A DNA stretch of 32,000 nucleotides from Candidatus Saccharimonadota bacterium (lineage in GTDB: Bacteria > Pseudomonadota > Alphaproteobacteria > CAJXXZ01 > 1604HC). Position 1 is the first letter of the stretch; every line of letters starts with the position of its first letter. Shown here piece after piece: positions 17,361 to 25,617 of this stretch. Location: NCBI RefSeq assembly GCF_008189525.1, contig NZ_CP043314.1, positions 210,001 through 242,000 of the forward strand. Direction: 5' to 3'. The notes under the pieces were generated by a model that had not been told where the DNA came from, ran no database searches, and saw only the letters and a program-made list of their open reading frames with translations. Position numbers and translations under genes: made by a program.

Positions 17361-18100
17361 AAAATTATAATTATTTTAATAGAAAAACAGTTGGTATTTT
17401 TTTCGCACCGATGATTCCTATTGTTTTTGGATTACTGTTTTATTTTTGTAGTTATGGATTCAACAACAAGAAGTATGTAGTATTTTTCGAAGAAAGTGTT
17501 TTAGGTCTCGAGAATGGCTCTAATGTGCTTTTTAAAGGCATAAATGTAGGGCATGTTACTAAGAAATCTATAAAAGGAGAAGATGTACTGGTTTTTGTGA
17601 AAATAAATAAGGATTTTGAGATAAAAAATAAAGTAGCTCAAATAGAATCTAAAGGTATAACAGGTCATAAAAATATAGTTATGATTAATTCTCCAGAACC
17701 ATATGAAGAGACAAAAGTATTAGGCTATACAAGAATACCTTCAAAAATGTCTTCGCTTTCTAAAATGTTTGAAAGTGCAGATGAAGTTACAAATCATACA
17801 ACAGGGTTTTTTAGAAAGATTTCGAAAGTAAATGTAAAAAAAATAGATGATTTTATATTGAAGTTGGATTATGTGATACAAAATCTAGAAAAAACTGCTT
17901 TAGAAGTTTCTCAGATAAGTAGTAGATTTAACAAAATTACGAAAACAAATGAAAAAAATATTTCTATGATTTTTAAAGATACTTTGCCTATATTAAATAA
18001 GAATATGCTTGTATTTAATGATTTTTTGATAGATTCCACATCTATTTTAAAAAAGTTTAAAACGAAGCCGATGAAGTTCTTACTTGACTGGTACTCGTAA
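17357..18100 (+). CDS. mlaD: MCE-domain periplasmic substrate-binding protein, MlaD-like
   Basis: N-terminal TM, then the MCE core YVVFFEESVLGLENGSNVLFKGINVGHVTKKSI, then a helical C-terminal tail. Translationally coupled to mlaF. Confidence 0.7.
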   Translation: MKNYNYFNRKTVGIFFAPMIPIVFGLLFYFCSYGFNNKKYVVFFEESVLGLENGSNVLFKGINVGHVTKKSIKGEDVLVFVKINKDFEIKNKVAQIESKGITGHKNIVMINSPEPYEETKVLGYTRIPSKMSSLSKMFESADEVTNHTTGFFRKISKVNVKKIDDFILKLDYVIQNLEKTALEVSQISSRFNKITKTNEKNISMIFKDTLPILNKNMLVFNDFLIDSTSILKKFKTKPMKFLLDWYS

Positions 18101-18171
18101 ATGTCATATCCATGTGTAATATGTATGTTTTATCATCGGAGTTTTTATGTATTTTAGGGTAGGTAACAGAA

Positions 18172-19605
18172 TTGTTCTTTTCTGATATAAAAGCTAAAGA
18201 AAGAAAAAGATTTTTTACTTTTCTATCTATAATAGTTTTGACACTTTTTAATTCATCAGTTTTAAAAACATTGAAGGATTCTGTGATTTCTTCTCAAGAA
18301 TCAGGAATAGAGGTAGTGCATTATGTAAAGCTTTTTATGGTGATGCCTTTTTCTTTTTTGTTTATCTTTTTATATGAAAAGTTGAACTCTATTTATTCTA
18401 GACAAAAAGTTACTTACATTATTTTTGGTCTATTTGGGTTATTTTTCTTTTTATATGGAACCTTGATATATCCTCTTAGGACTTATATGCATCCATCTGT
18501 ATCAAGCATTAGGGCCCTTAAAGAAAGTTATCCTTATTTTAAATGGATCTTTGTGGCATATGGATCTTGGACTTTTATGTTCTTCTACTTGTTTGCAGAG
18601 CTTTGGTCAGCAATATGTTTGAATTTGATATTTTGGCAATTAACTAACCATACAATGACATTAAAGCAAGGTACTTATTCTTATGTTTATTTAAGTGTTT
18701 GGGGGAATATAGGGTTAGCACTTGGTGGAGCTGCGACTTCATTTTTGTTTAGAAGTGTATACTTTTCTTTTGGAAACATATTCTGCTTCCTTAATGTTTT
18801 AGTAACTTCTGTAGTGATTGCAATAATATTTTTATATTACATTTTATATAGCAAGATTTTGGATCCGAAAATAGTGGAAAATTTAAATGTTTCAAATACA
18901 AGTAAGAAAAAGAAACTTAGTTTTTATTCTTCAATAAGAGTTGTATTTTCCTCTAAGTATCTTATTTTGATGATGATGCTTGTTTTTTGCTACCATGTTA
19001 GTGCAAATCTAATAGAAGTGACTTGGAAGGCGTGTTTGAAGCTTTTATCAGGAAATGACTCAAAATTTGCTTCTTATATGGGTAATATGCATTTTACTGT
19101 AGGTATTGTTTCTATAATTCTATGTGAAATACCTAAATATCTTGTAAAAAAGTTTAGCTGGAGATTTTGTGCAAGGCTTACTCCAATGGTTATAAGCGTT
19201 TTTTCTGGTTTGTTTTTCTTGGTTTTGTATAATGATTCTCTATACTTTGTCAGAAATTATGGACTTCTTATTGTTATAATTTGTGGATCTATGAACTATA
19301 TATTAGGTAAAATAATGAAATACTCATTGTTCGATCCTACAAAAGAGCTTGCTTACATCCCACTTTCTTCAGAATTGAAAGATAAAGGAAAGCCATTTAT
19401 TGATGTTTTTGTAAGTAGACTTTCAAAAGCTTTTAGTGCATTTATTCAGGCTTTGTTTTTGATGATATTTCCAGATAGTACTCAAATAACAATAGCAAAC
19501 AAGCTTCTATATGTTGTTGTTATCTTTATGGTTGTTTGGTTTCTAGTTATTAACAGGCTTTCTGAAAAATATGAAAAGTTAATTTCTCAGAATAATAAAT
19601 CTTGA
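18172..19605 (+). CDS. tlc: Nucleotide transporter of the ATP/ADP translocase (NTT/Tlc) family
   Basis: LFNSSVLKTLKDS, ESYPYFKWIFVAYGSWTFMFFYLFAELWSAICLNLIFWQLTN, KKLSFYSSIRVVFSSKYL, NLIEVTWK and KYSLFDPTKELAYIPL track my recollection of Rickettsia Tlc1 along its whole length. TTG start, with AGGGTAGG upstream. Confidence 0.9.
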   Translation: MFFSDIKAKERKRFFTFLSIIVLTLFNSSVLKTLKDSVISSQESGIEVVHYVKLFMVMPFSFLFIFLYEKLNSIYSRQKVTYIIFGLFGLFFFLYGTLIYPLRTYMHPSVSSIRALKESYPYFKWIFVAYGSWTFMFFYLFAELWSAICLNLIFWQLTNHTMTLKQGTYSYVYLSVWGNIGLALGGAATSFLFRSVYFSFGNIFCFLNVLVTSVVIAIIFLYYILYSKILDPKIVENLNVSNTSKKKKLSFYSSIRVVFSSKYLILMMMLVFCYHVSANLIEVTWKACLKLLSGNDSKFASYMGNMHFTVGIVSIILCEIPKYLVKKFSWRFCARLTPMVISVFSGLFFLVLYNDSLYFVRNYGLLIVIICGSMNYILGKIMKYSLFDPTKELAYIPLSSELKDKGKPFIDVFVSRLSKAFSAFIQALFLMIFPDSTQITIANKLLYVVVIFMVVWFLVINRLSEKYEKLISQNNKS

Positions 19606-19682
19606 GAAGTGGTTTTTTACCTTATATATTAAGCTAAGGTTATATATAATTTACTAAAGTTATTTGATATTTATGTACTTTA

Positions 19683-20045
19683 TTGATTGGTTTTGTTATG
19701 ATGCTTCTAATGTTTGTACTGTCGCTTTTGTTTGCATTGACCAAAAATTCAATTGATAAGCAGATTTCTCAATTATTATATTCATTCAAAAATCATGAGT
19801 GGCCTTATAATGTGATAATGAATGATTTTATAAGAAGTCAATGCAATGAAGCTTACAAAGAATTTGCTATGTCTATGATTTTTAGTGATTTAAAGAAGAA
19901 GAACCTTATTACTAGTAAGCAATTTGATGAGCAAGAAGCAAAGACTAAAACTTGTTGTTTAAGGTGTCTTGTAGCAATACATGTGTCTTCTGATGAGAGT
20001 ATGTATGCTGATTATAGCAATTATCTTGTAAGGTTTGGTAAATAA
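19683..20045 (+). CDS. Small hypothetical protein with an N-terminal hydrophobic segment and several Cys
   Basis: 120-aa ORF on the same strand between tlc and the DMT carrier. N-terminus MMLLMFVLSLLFAL; Cys in QCNEAY and KTCCLRCL. No family recognised. The start is ambiguous (TTG 19683, ATG 19698 or 19701). Confidence 0.4.
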   Translation: MIGFVMMLLMFVLSLLFALTKNSIDKQISQLLYSFKNHEWPYNVIMNDFIRSQCNEAYKEFAMSMIFSDLKKKNLITSKQFDEQEAKTKTCCLRCLVAIHVSSDESMYADYSNYLVRFGK

Positions 20046-20166
20046 GTATTTGTTTAAATAAGTAATATGTTTTGCAAATAATAACTTTTGCTGAGTGTGT
20101 GTTTCTGGAGTATGTGGATTAGAAAAGCACTTACAAAATAATAAGGAAAAAGGGGAATAAAAAAAT

Positions 20167-21057
20167 ATGTTTTTAAAGTTTTTTGAAAATAAAAAAAATA
20201 ACTACATCATTGGAGCGTTTTATTTTTCAATGTCCATTTTATGTGGATTATTGAATGATTTTATAGTTAGGTATATGTCTTTTGGAGAGATGGGATTGGC
20301 TCAAATAATGTTTTTGAGGTTTTTGTTTAGTGCATTATCCATGCTTCCTTTTATGATAAAAAACAAATACTCCACAGATAATTATACTGTTCATTTGATA
20401 AGGTCATTTTTATTTTTTGTTCCTATAGTATTGTGGAATTATGGAGTTTCTAACGGAGGATTAATAATTGCTACATTTATGGAATTATCTATACCTGTTG
20501 TTTTGCTAGTAATGGCGAAAATTTTCCTTGGAGAAGATTTGAAAGGAAGAATTTTAAGCACTATCCTTGGAATTGCTTCTGTATGCTTTGTAATGTTTAA
20601 GCAGCTGGAATTTGGTGTAAGTGTATATGTAGTATTAGCATTTGCAGTAGCTGTTTTGTGCTTTTCCTCTTTAGATATAATTAACAAAAAACTTTTGAAT
20701 AAAGATAATGATCCTTTGTATGCTTTCTTGTTTTATTCTGCGTTAGGAACTTCTTTGTTTAGTTTACCATTTGCTGTATGTACATGGGTTTCTGTTTCTT
20801 ATCAGTCTATTGTACTTTGTATGATCCAAGGTGTTTCTAGTAACCTTATTTTATTCTTTATATTGAAGGCTTATAAAAAAACTGATGTAAGTTCTTTGCA
20901 GCCTATTAGATTTATATCTTTGCCTATTTCTGCTCTGTTAAGTGCTGTATTTTTCAAAGAAAGAATGAGCTGGTACTTGGTTTTAGGTTTTATGTTTTTA
21001 GTAGTATCAATCATGATGAATATTAAAAATGAAGTTATTAAAAAAAATAAAATTTAA
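20167..21057 (+). CDS. EamA/DMT-superfamily transporter, 10-TM type
   Basis: 296 aa of two similar five-helix halves, hydrophobic throughout, with the typical EamA length and layout. AGGGGA lies upstream. The substrate cannot be read from the sequence. Confidence 0.75.
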   Translation: MFLKFFENKKNNYIIGAFYFSMSILCGLLNDFIVRYMSFGEMGLAQIMFLRFLFSALSMLPFMIKNKYSTDNYTVHLIRSFLFFVPIVLWNYGVSNGGLIIATFMELSIPVVLLVMAKIFLGEDLKGRILSTILGIASVCFVMFKQLEFGVSVYVVLAFAVAVLCFSSLDIINKKLLNKDNDPLYAFLFYSALGTSLFSLPFAVCTWVSVSYQSIVLCMIQGVSSNLILFFILKAYKKTDVSSLQPIRFISLPISALLSAVFFKERMSWYLVLGFMFLVVSIMMNIKNEVIKKNKI

Positions 21058-21405
21058 AAATATTTTGACTTTTTAAATACAATTAAAATTTTTTTCTGGA
21101 TAATATTAATTACTATTTTGACAATATATATAGATATTCAAAATCGTAGTTTAATTTTAACTTTGATTTGTATTAATCTTGAAAGATATCAATTCGTTAA
21201 GTCCATAATATCATGTTATAAAACAAACCTGACTACATAATTTTGTAAAACAATCTTTATATACAATTATATTTTAGTTAAGTTTTTTATAGGTTTGTAC
21301 AATATTTTAGTATGTGTTTTAAGGTCTTGATCATACTAAGAAGCTGAATTATACGTATTTAATTAGTATAAATATAATTTCCGCAGTGTATGATATTCAA
21401 ATTAA

Positions 21406-23352
21406 TTAATCAACTAATATTTCTTCTTCTGATTCATTTTTGTTTTTATCATTTAACTCAAATAACTTTAACCATTTTTCATTCTCAGTTTTATCATGTT
21501 TGATTTTTTGTAAGAAAGTTTTACAAAGCATTACAGCTGGATTTGGCCCAAGGTTTTTTCTCATTGGTTTAGAATAGTTGTCATTTCCACACCAGGTTCC
21601 CAGCACTATTTTTGGAGAAAATCCTACAAACCAAAAATCTCTATATTTTTGAGAAGATCCAGTTTTACCTGCTACTGGGAAGTTCAAAGCCCCTATGCTT
21701 CTTGCAGTTCCTTTCTGTGTAACAGAGTATAGTAGTTTGAATATTTTTTTATTAGTTTTTTCTTCAAAAACCTGTTCTGTTAATTCATTTTTGCATTTAT
21801 CTGATTCGTTTATATATTCTTCTGTTTCATATATTTCGTTGTCATTAAATGACATATCATATGCTTCTTCTGGATCCCATATAACTTCATTAGTATCATT
21901 ATCTATTATTTTTACTATTCCTTTATATTCAACTTTGTGTCCTAAGTTTGCTACTGATCCAAAGCATTGCACTAGCTCTAGAAGTGTGGATTCTAAGCTA
22001 CCTAAAGAAATTGATAGATTATTTTTTGCTCCATCTATATTTAATCCTAAATCTCTAGCTTTTAATAGTATTTTTTTTATTCCTATTTTTTGCGCAATTC
22101 TTACAGTGACACTATTTATAGACTTAAAGAATCCTTCAGCTAGAGTAACATATCCTTTTTCTTGGTGATAATAGTTACTAGGAGACCACCCCATGATTTG
22201 AGGAGGAGAATCTTCTATTAATGTATTTATACCCATGTTGTTCTCTAGAGCTGTAGAATATACAAAAAACTTAAATATAGACCCACTTTGTCTAAGTGAT
22301 TGAGTGGCTCTGTTGAATGCTCCGCTTGAATAATTAGATCCACCTATAATTGCTTTTACATGTCCTTTTGTGCTCATTGCTAAAAGAGCTAGGTTTTCGA
22401 AGTCCCATTTATTTTTATATTTTTCTATTATTTCTTTAGAAGCTTGATCAGCTTTATTTTGTAAATCTAAATCTATGGTGCAAATTATTTTTAAATTCCT
22501 TTTCATTTCTTTTATCCATGTTGGGATTTGTGTAAGAATCCAATCAGAATAAAAATAAATAGAGCTATTGCTTTGAGTATGTTTGAGCTTATGTGGCGTA
22601 GCTAAAGCTAGTTCCATTTTTTCCTGATTAATGAAACCCATCTTAAGCATAGAATTTAAAACATGCTCCTTTCTTTCTGCTAATTTTTCTGGTTTAGATG
22701 CATAAGTGGAAGGAGATTTTAGCATGCTGATTAATATAGCAGATTCAGAAACAGACAATTCTTTACATGTCTTTCCAAAGTATTTCCATGATGCAGCTTC
22801 TATTCCATAAGTTCCACTTCCAAAATAAACTCTATTCAAATAATATTCCAAAATCTGATCTTTGGAGTATTTATGCTCTAGCTTTAGAGATAAAAATGCT
22901 TCTCTTATTTTTCTAAAATACGACTTAGGAGGTATTTTCCCTCCTAAATTTTCTTGGAGTATATTTTTAGCCAATTGCTGTGTTATTGTGCTTCCTCCTT
23001 CAACTATTCTGCTTGATTGAAGATTCTTAGACAAAGCCCTAGCTATAGAAGCAAAATCTATGCCTATGTGTGAGTAAAATTTTCTATCTTCTAAAGATAT
23101 TAGTGCATGAGGAATATGTTTTGGTATTTCATTGATGCTTAAGTGTTGGTATTTTAAGCTTCCGTAAGTTGAAACTAGATTCTTATTTTCATCTTCTATA
23201 ACTACAAATGGATCTATTTTTAATATAGACAAGTCATTTATTTGAGGTAAAGTCAAATTTATATAAAAGAATATTACACAAAAAGTAATAATAGAAGTTA
23301 GCATAAAGTTCAACAGTTTTTTCATGAATACCTTTCCAGACAACTTGGTCAT
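21406..23352 (-). CDS. mrcA: Class A penicillin-binding protein (bifunctional glycosyltransferase/transpeptidase), PBP1A-like
   Basis: GT51 motifs EDRKFYSHIGID, GGSTITQQLAKN and RKIREA. Transpeptidase motifs SGSIFK (SxxK), SIN (SxN) and KTGSS (KTG). N-terminal membrane anchor. Confidence 0.9.
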   Translation of the reverse strand: MTKLSGKVFMKKLLNFMLTSIITFCVIFFYINLTLPQINDLSILKIDPFVVIEDENKNLVSTYGSLKYQHLSINEIPKHIPHALISLEDRKFYSHIGIDFASIARALSKNLQSSRIVEGGSTITQQLAKNILQENLGGKIPPKSYFRKIREAFLSLKLEHKYSKDQILEYYLNRVYFGSGTYGIEAASWKYFGKTCKELSVSESAILISMLKSPSTYASKPEKLAERKEHVLNSMLKMGFINQEKMELALATPHKLKHTQSNSSIYFYSDWILTQIPTWIKEMKRNLKIICTIDLDLQNKADQASKEIIEKYKNKWDFENLALLAMSTKGHVKAIIGGSNYSSGAFNRATQSLRQSGSIFKFFVYSTALENNMGINTLIEDSPPQIMGWSPSNYYHQEKGYVTLAEGFFKSINSVTVRIAQKIGIKKILLKARDLGLNIDGAKNNLSISLGSLESTLLELVQCFGSVANLGHKVEYKGIVKIIDNDTNEVIWDPEEAYDMSFNDNEIYETEEYINESDKCKNELTEQVFEEKTNKKIFKLLYSVTQKGTARSIGALNFPVAGKTGSSQKYRDFWFVGFSPKIVLGTWCGNDNYSKPMRKNLGPNPAVMLCKTFLQKIKHDKTENEKWLKLFELNDKNKNESEEEILVD

Positions 23353-23543
23353 ACATTCAGATACAAGTGTGCAGTTTTTTGTTTAATAATAGCTGATTTT
23401 AATGTAAACTTTGTACATATTTTTTATACGTTTATCTATTGAAATTCTAGAATTAGTACACTCTAAAGACATATGTACTTAATTATTAAAAAACCACTTT
23501 TCATTAATATATTGTATTAAATGAGCTTAAATTAATATACTTT

Positions 23544-23635
23544 ATTTGTAAATCTCGATGTTTTTATAGATTTATAAGGTATTTTTTATTAAATACCATT
23601 AGTTTTATAGGCTTACTAGTTAATTTGTAAATCTC
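23544..23635. repeat. Composite direct repeats flanking an AT-rich hairpin in the lepA-mrcA intergenic region
   Basis: ATTTGTAAATCTC occurs at 23544-23556 and 23623-23635. TTTTATAG occurs at 23561-23568 and 23603-23610. The hairpin GGTATTT (23578-23584) / AAATACC (23591-23597) lies between them. Confidence 0.5.
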
Positions 23636-23721
23636 AAAACTTATTCCAGATTTAATATATATAGTACATCATGAAATTATATATCGAGAATTAAGAGGGG
23701 CTATATTAAAAAAACTACAAA

Positions 23722-25617
23722 TTAATTCTTTCTTTTAAGAACATTAGTAATTGCTTTTTGTGGTATAGAAACTTTTCCTGCCATTAATTCTTTCATCTTC
23801 TTTTTACCTTTTTTCTGTTTTTCAAGTAATTTTCTTTTTCTAGTTGCATCACCACCATAACACTTTGCTGTAACATCTTTTCTTAAAGGTTTTACAGTTT
23901 CTCTAGCTATGATTTTACCACCTATAGCAGCTTGTACAGCAATAGGAAACAAATGTCTTTTTATATTATCTCTTAAGATTTCACATGCATTTCGTCCATA
24001 AGACTCTGCATGGTCTCTATATATTAAAGTGGACAATGCATCTACTTTAATTCCATCAACTAATATGCTTACAGCAACTATATTGGAAACTTCATAGCCA
24101 TCATCTTCATATTCGAAGCTTCCATATCCTTTAGTAGCTGATTTTAATTTGTCATTGAAATCGAAAATTATATCAGAAAGTGGAAATCTATATTTTAAAA
24201 TAATACGTTTAGAAGCTTCATTTATTCCACTCATATACTCCATTGATTCTTGTCTTCCTCTTTTTTCTTCACAAAGTACTATTGTGTTACCAAGAAATTC
24301 TTCATCAACAATAACGCTAGCTTTTATCCAAGGTTCTTCTATAAAATCTATTTTATTAACCTCAGGCATTTCAGATGGGTGGTTTAAGAACAGTACTTCT
24401 CCATCTTTTTTGATTATTTTGTATTCTACGCTAGGAGATGTCATGATTACGTTTATATCAAACTCTTGATCTAATCTTTGTTGTGTAACTTCTAGGTGTA
24501 AAAGCCCTAGAAATCCACATCGAAATCCAGACCCCAGACTAGGCATGTTAATTTTTTCTATTAGCAAACTACCATCATTTAGTTTTAGTTTTTCTAAAGA
24601 AGCTTTTAATGTTTCATAATCAGAGCTATCTGCAGGGTAAATTCCACAAAAGACAACAGGGCGCATTTCTTTAAACCCAGGAAGGGATTCTGTGATTGTG
24701 CTATCTTTGAGCACAATTGTGTCTCCTAATTTGCAATCAGATAAATCTCTAATATTAGCAATCATAAAACCTACCATTCCAGAAGTAAGTTCTTTCAATT
24801 CAACTCTTTTGGGAGTAAAAATTCCTACATTTTCTATTGTGTAATTAGAGCCTGTATTGATCATTTTTATTCCTTGTTTCGGTCTTAGTGATCCATCTAT
24901 TATTTTTACAAGAAGAACAACTCCTGCATATTTGTCATACCACCCATCTACAAGAACAGCTCTAGTTTCTTTATTTATATCACCTATAGGGCTAGGTATG
25001 TTTTCAATTATAGATTCTATTACCTTTTCAACACCTTTACCTGTTTTTGCAGAAACTTGTAATGGTTCCATTTCTATTCCAAGTAAATTTCTTATTTGAT
25101 CAGTACAAGCCTCTGCATCTGCTGATGGAAGATCCACTTTGTTTAAAACAGGCATCATAAATAAATCTTCATCTATAGCATTGTAAACATTAGCCATTGT
25201 TTGTGCTTGTACGCCTTGAGATGCGTCTACAAGTACAACCGCACCTTCACATGCAGCAAGAGACCTCTTTACCTCATAGCTAAAATCTACGTGACCAGGT
25301 GTGTCGATTAGGTTTATTATATATTCCTGATTGTCTAATGTGTATTTCAATGAAACACATTGAGCCTTTACTGTGATTCCTCTTTCCTTTTCTACATCAA
25401 GTGAATCTAAAACCTGACTTTTCATTTCTCTCTCAGATAGACCACCACATTTTTCAATTATCCTATCAGAAAGTGTAGATTTACCATGATCTATATGAGC
25501 TATTATGGCAAAATTTCTTATATATTTATTTTGAAAAACTACTTCTTTGTTATTAATTGTTTTTTCTTTGTTATTAATCTTTTTATCCATATTGCTTTTA
25601 TTATCTTTATTACTCAC
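23722..25617 (-). CDS. lepA: Translation elongation factor 4 (LepA)
   Basis: IRNFAIIAHIDHGKSTLSDR, DTPGHVDF, NKVDL, and the LepA-specific C-terminal part (VDALS, ARETVKPLRKDVTAKCYGGDATRKRKLLEKQKKGKK). The start is either GTG 25617, which overlaps the pheT stop, or ATG 25590. Confidence 0.95.
   Translation of the reverse strand: MSNKDNKSNMDKKINNKEKTINNKEVVFQNKYIRNFAIIAHIDHGKSTLSDRIIEKCGGLSEREMKSQVLDSLDVEKERGITVKAQCVSLKYTLDNQEYIINLIDTPGHVDFSYEVKRSLAACEGAVVLVDASQGVQAQTMANVYNAIDEDLFMMPVLNKVDLPSADAEACTDQIRNLLGIEMEPLQVSAKTGKGVEKVIESIIENIPSPIGDINKETRAVLVDGWYDKYAGVVLLVKIIDGSLRPKQGIKMINTGSNYTIENVGIFTPKRVELKELTSGMVGFMIANIRDLSDCKLGDTIVLKDSTITESLPGFKEMRPVVFCGIYPADSSDYETLKASLEKLKLNDGSLLIEKINMPSLGSGFRCGFLGLLHLEVTQQRLDQEFDINVIMTSPSVEYKIIKKDGEVLFLNHPSEMPEVNKIDFIEEPWIKASVIVDEEFLGNTIVLCEEKRGRQESMEYMSGINEASKRIILKYRFPLSDIIFDFNDKLKSATKGYGSFEYEDDGYEVSNIVAVSILVDGIKVDALSTLIYRDHAESYGRNACEILRDNIKRHLFPIAVQAAIGGKIIARETVKPLRKDVTAKCYGGDATRKRKLLEKQKKGKKKMKELMAGKVSIPQKAITNVLKRKN

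Noticed and set aside
21695-22168. A 157-aa + strand ORF, plus the other listed 60-106 aa ORFs at 706-960, 1699-1902, 2850-3035, 3794-4213, 5210-5788, 5883-6197, 7042-7227, 7550-7735, 8763-9015, 9788-10000, 10788-11027, 13898-14083, 14774-15043, 20439-20687, 24149-24469, 24857-25099, 28631-28912 and 29699-29902.
   Set aside because: Each lies entirely inside a confidently identified gene, either antisense to it or out of frame. Their translations are Ser/Phe/Ile/Leu-rich low-complexity strings with no motifs or ribosome-binding sites. They are typical shadow ORFs of AT-rich coding DNA.
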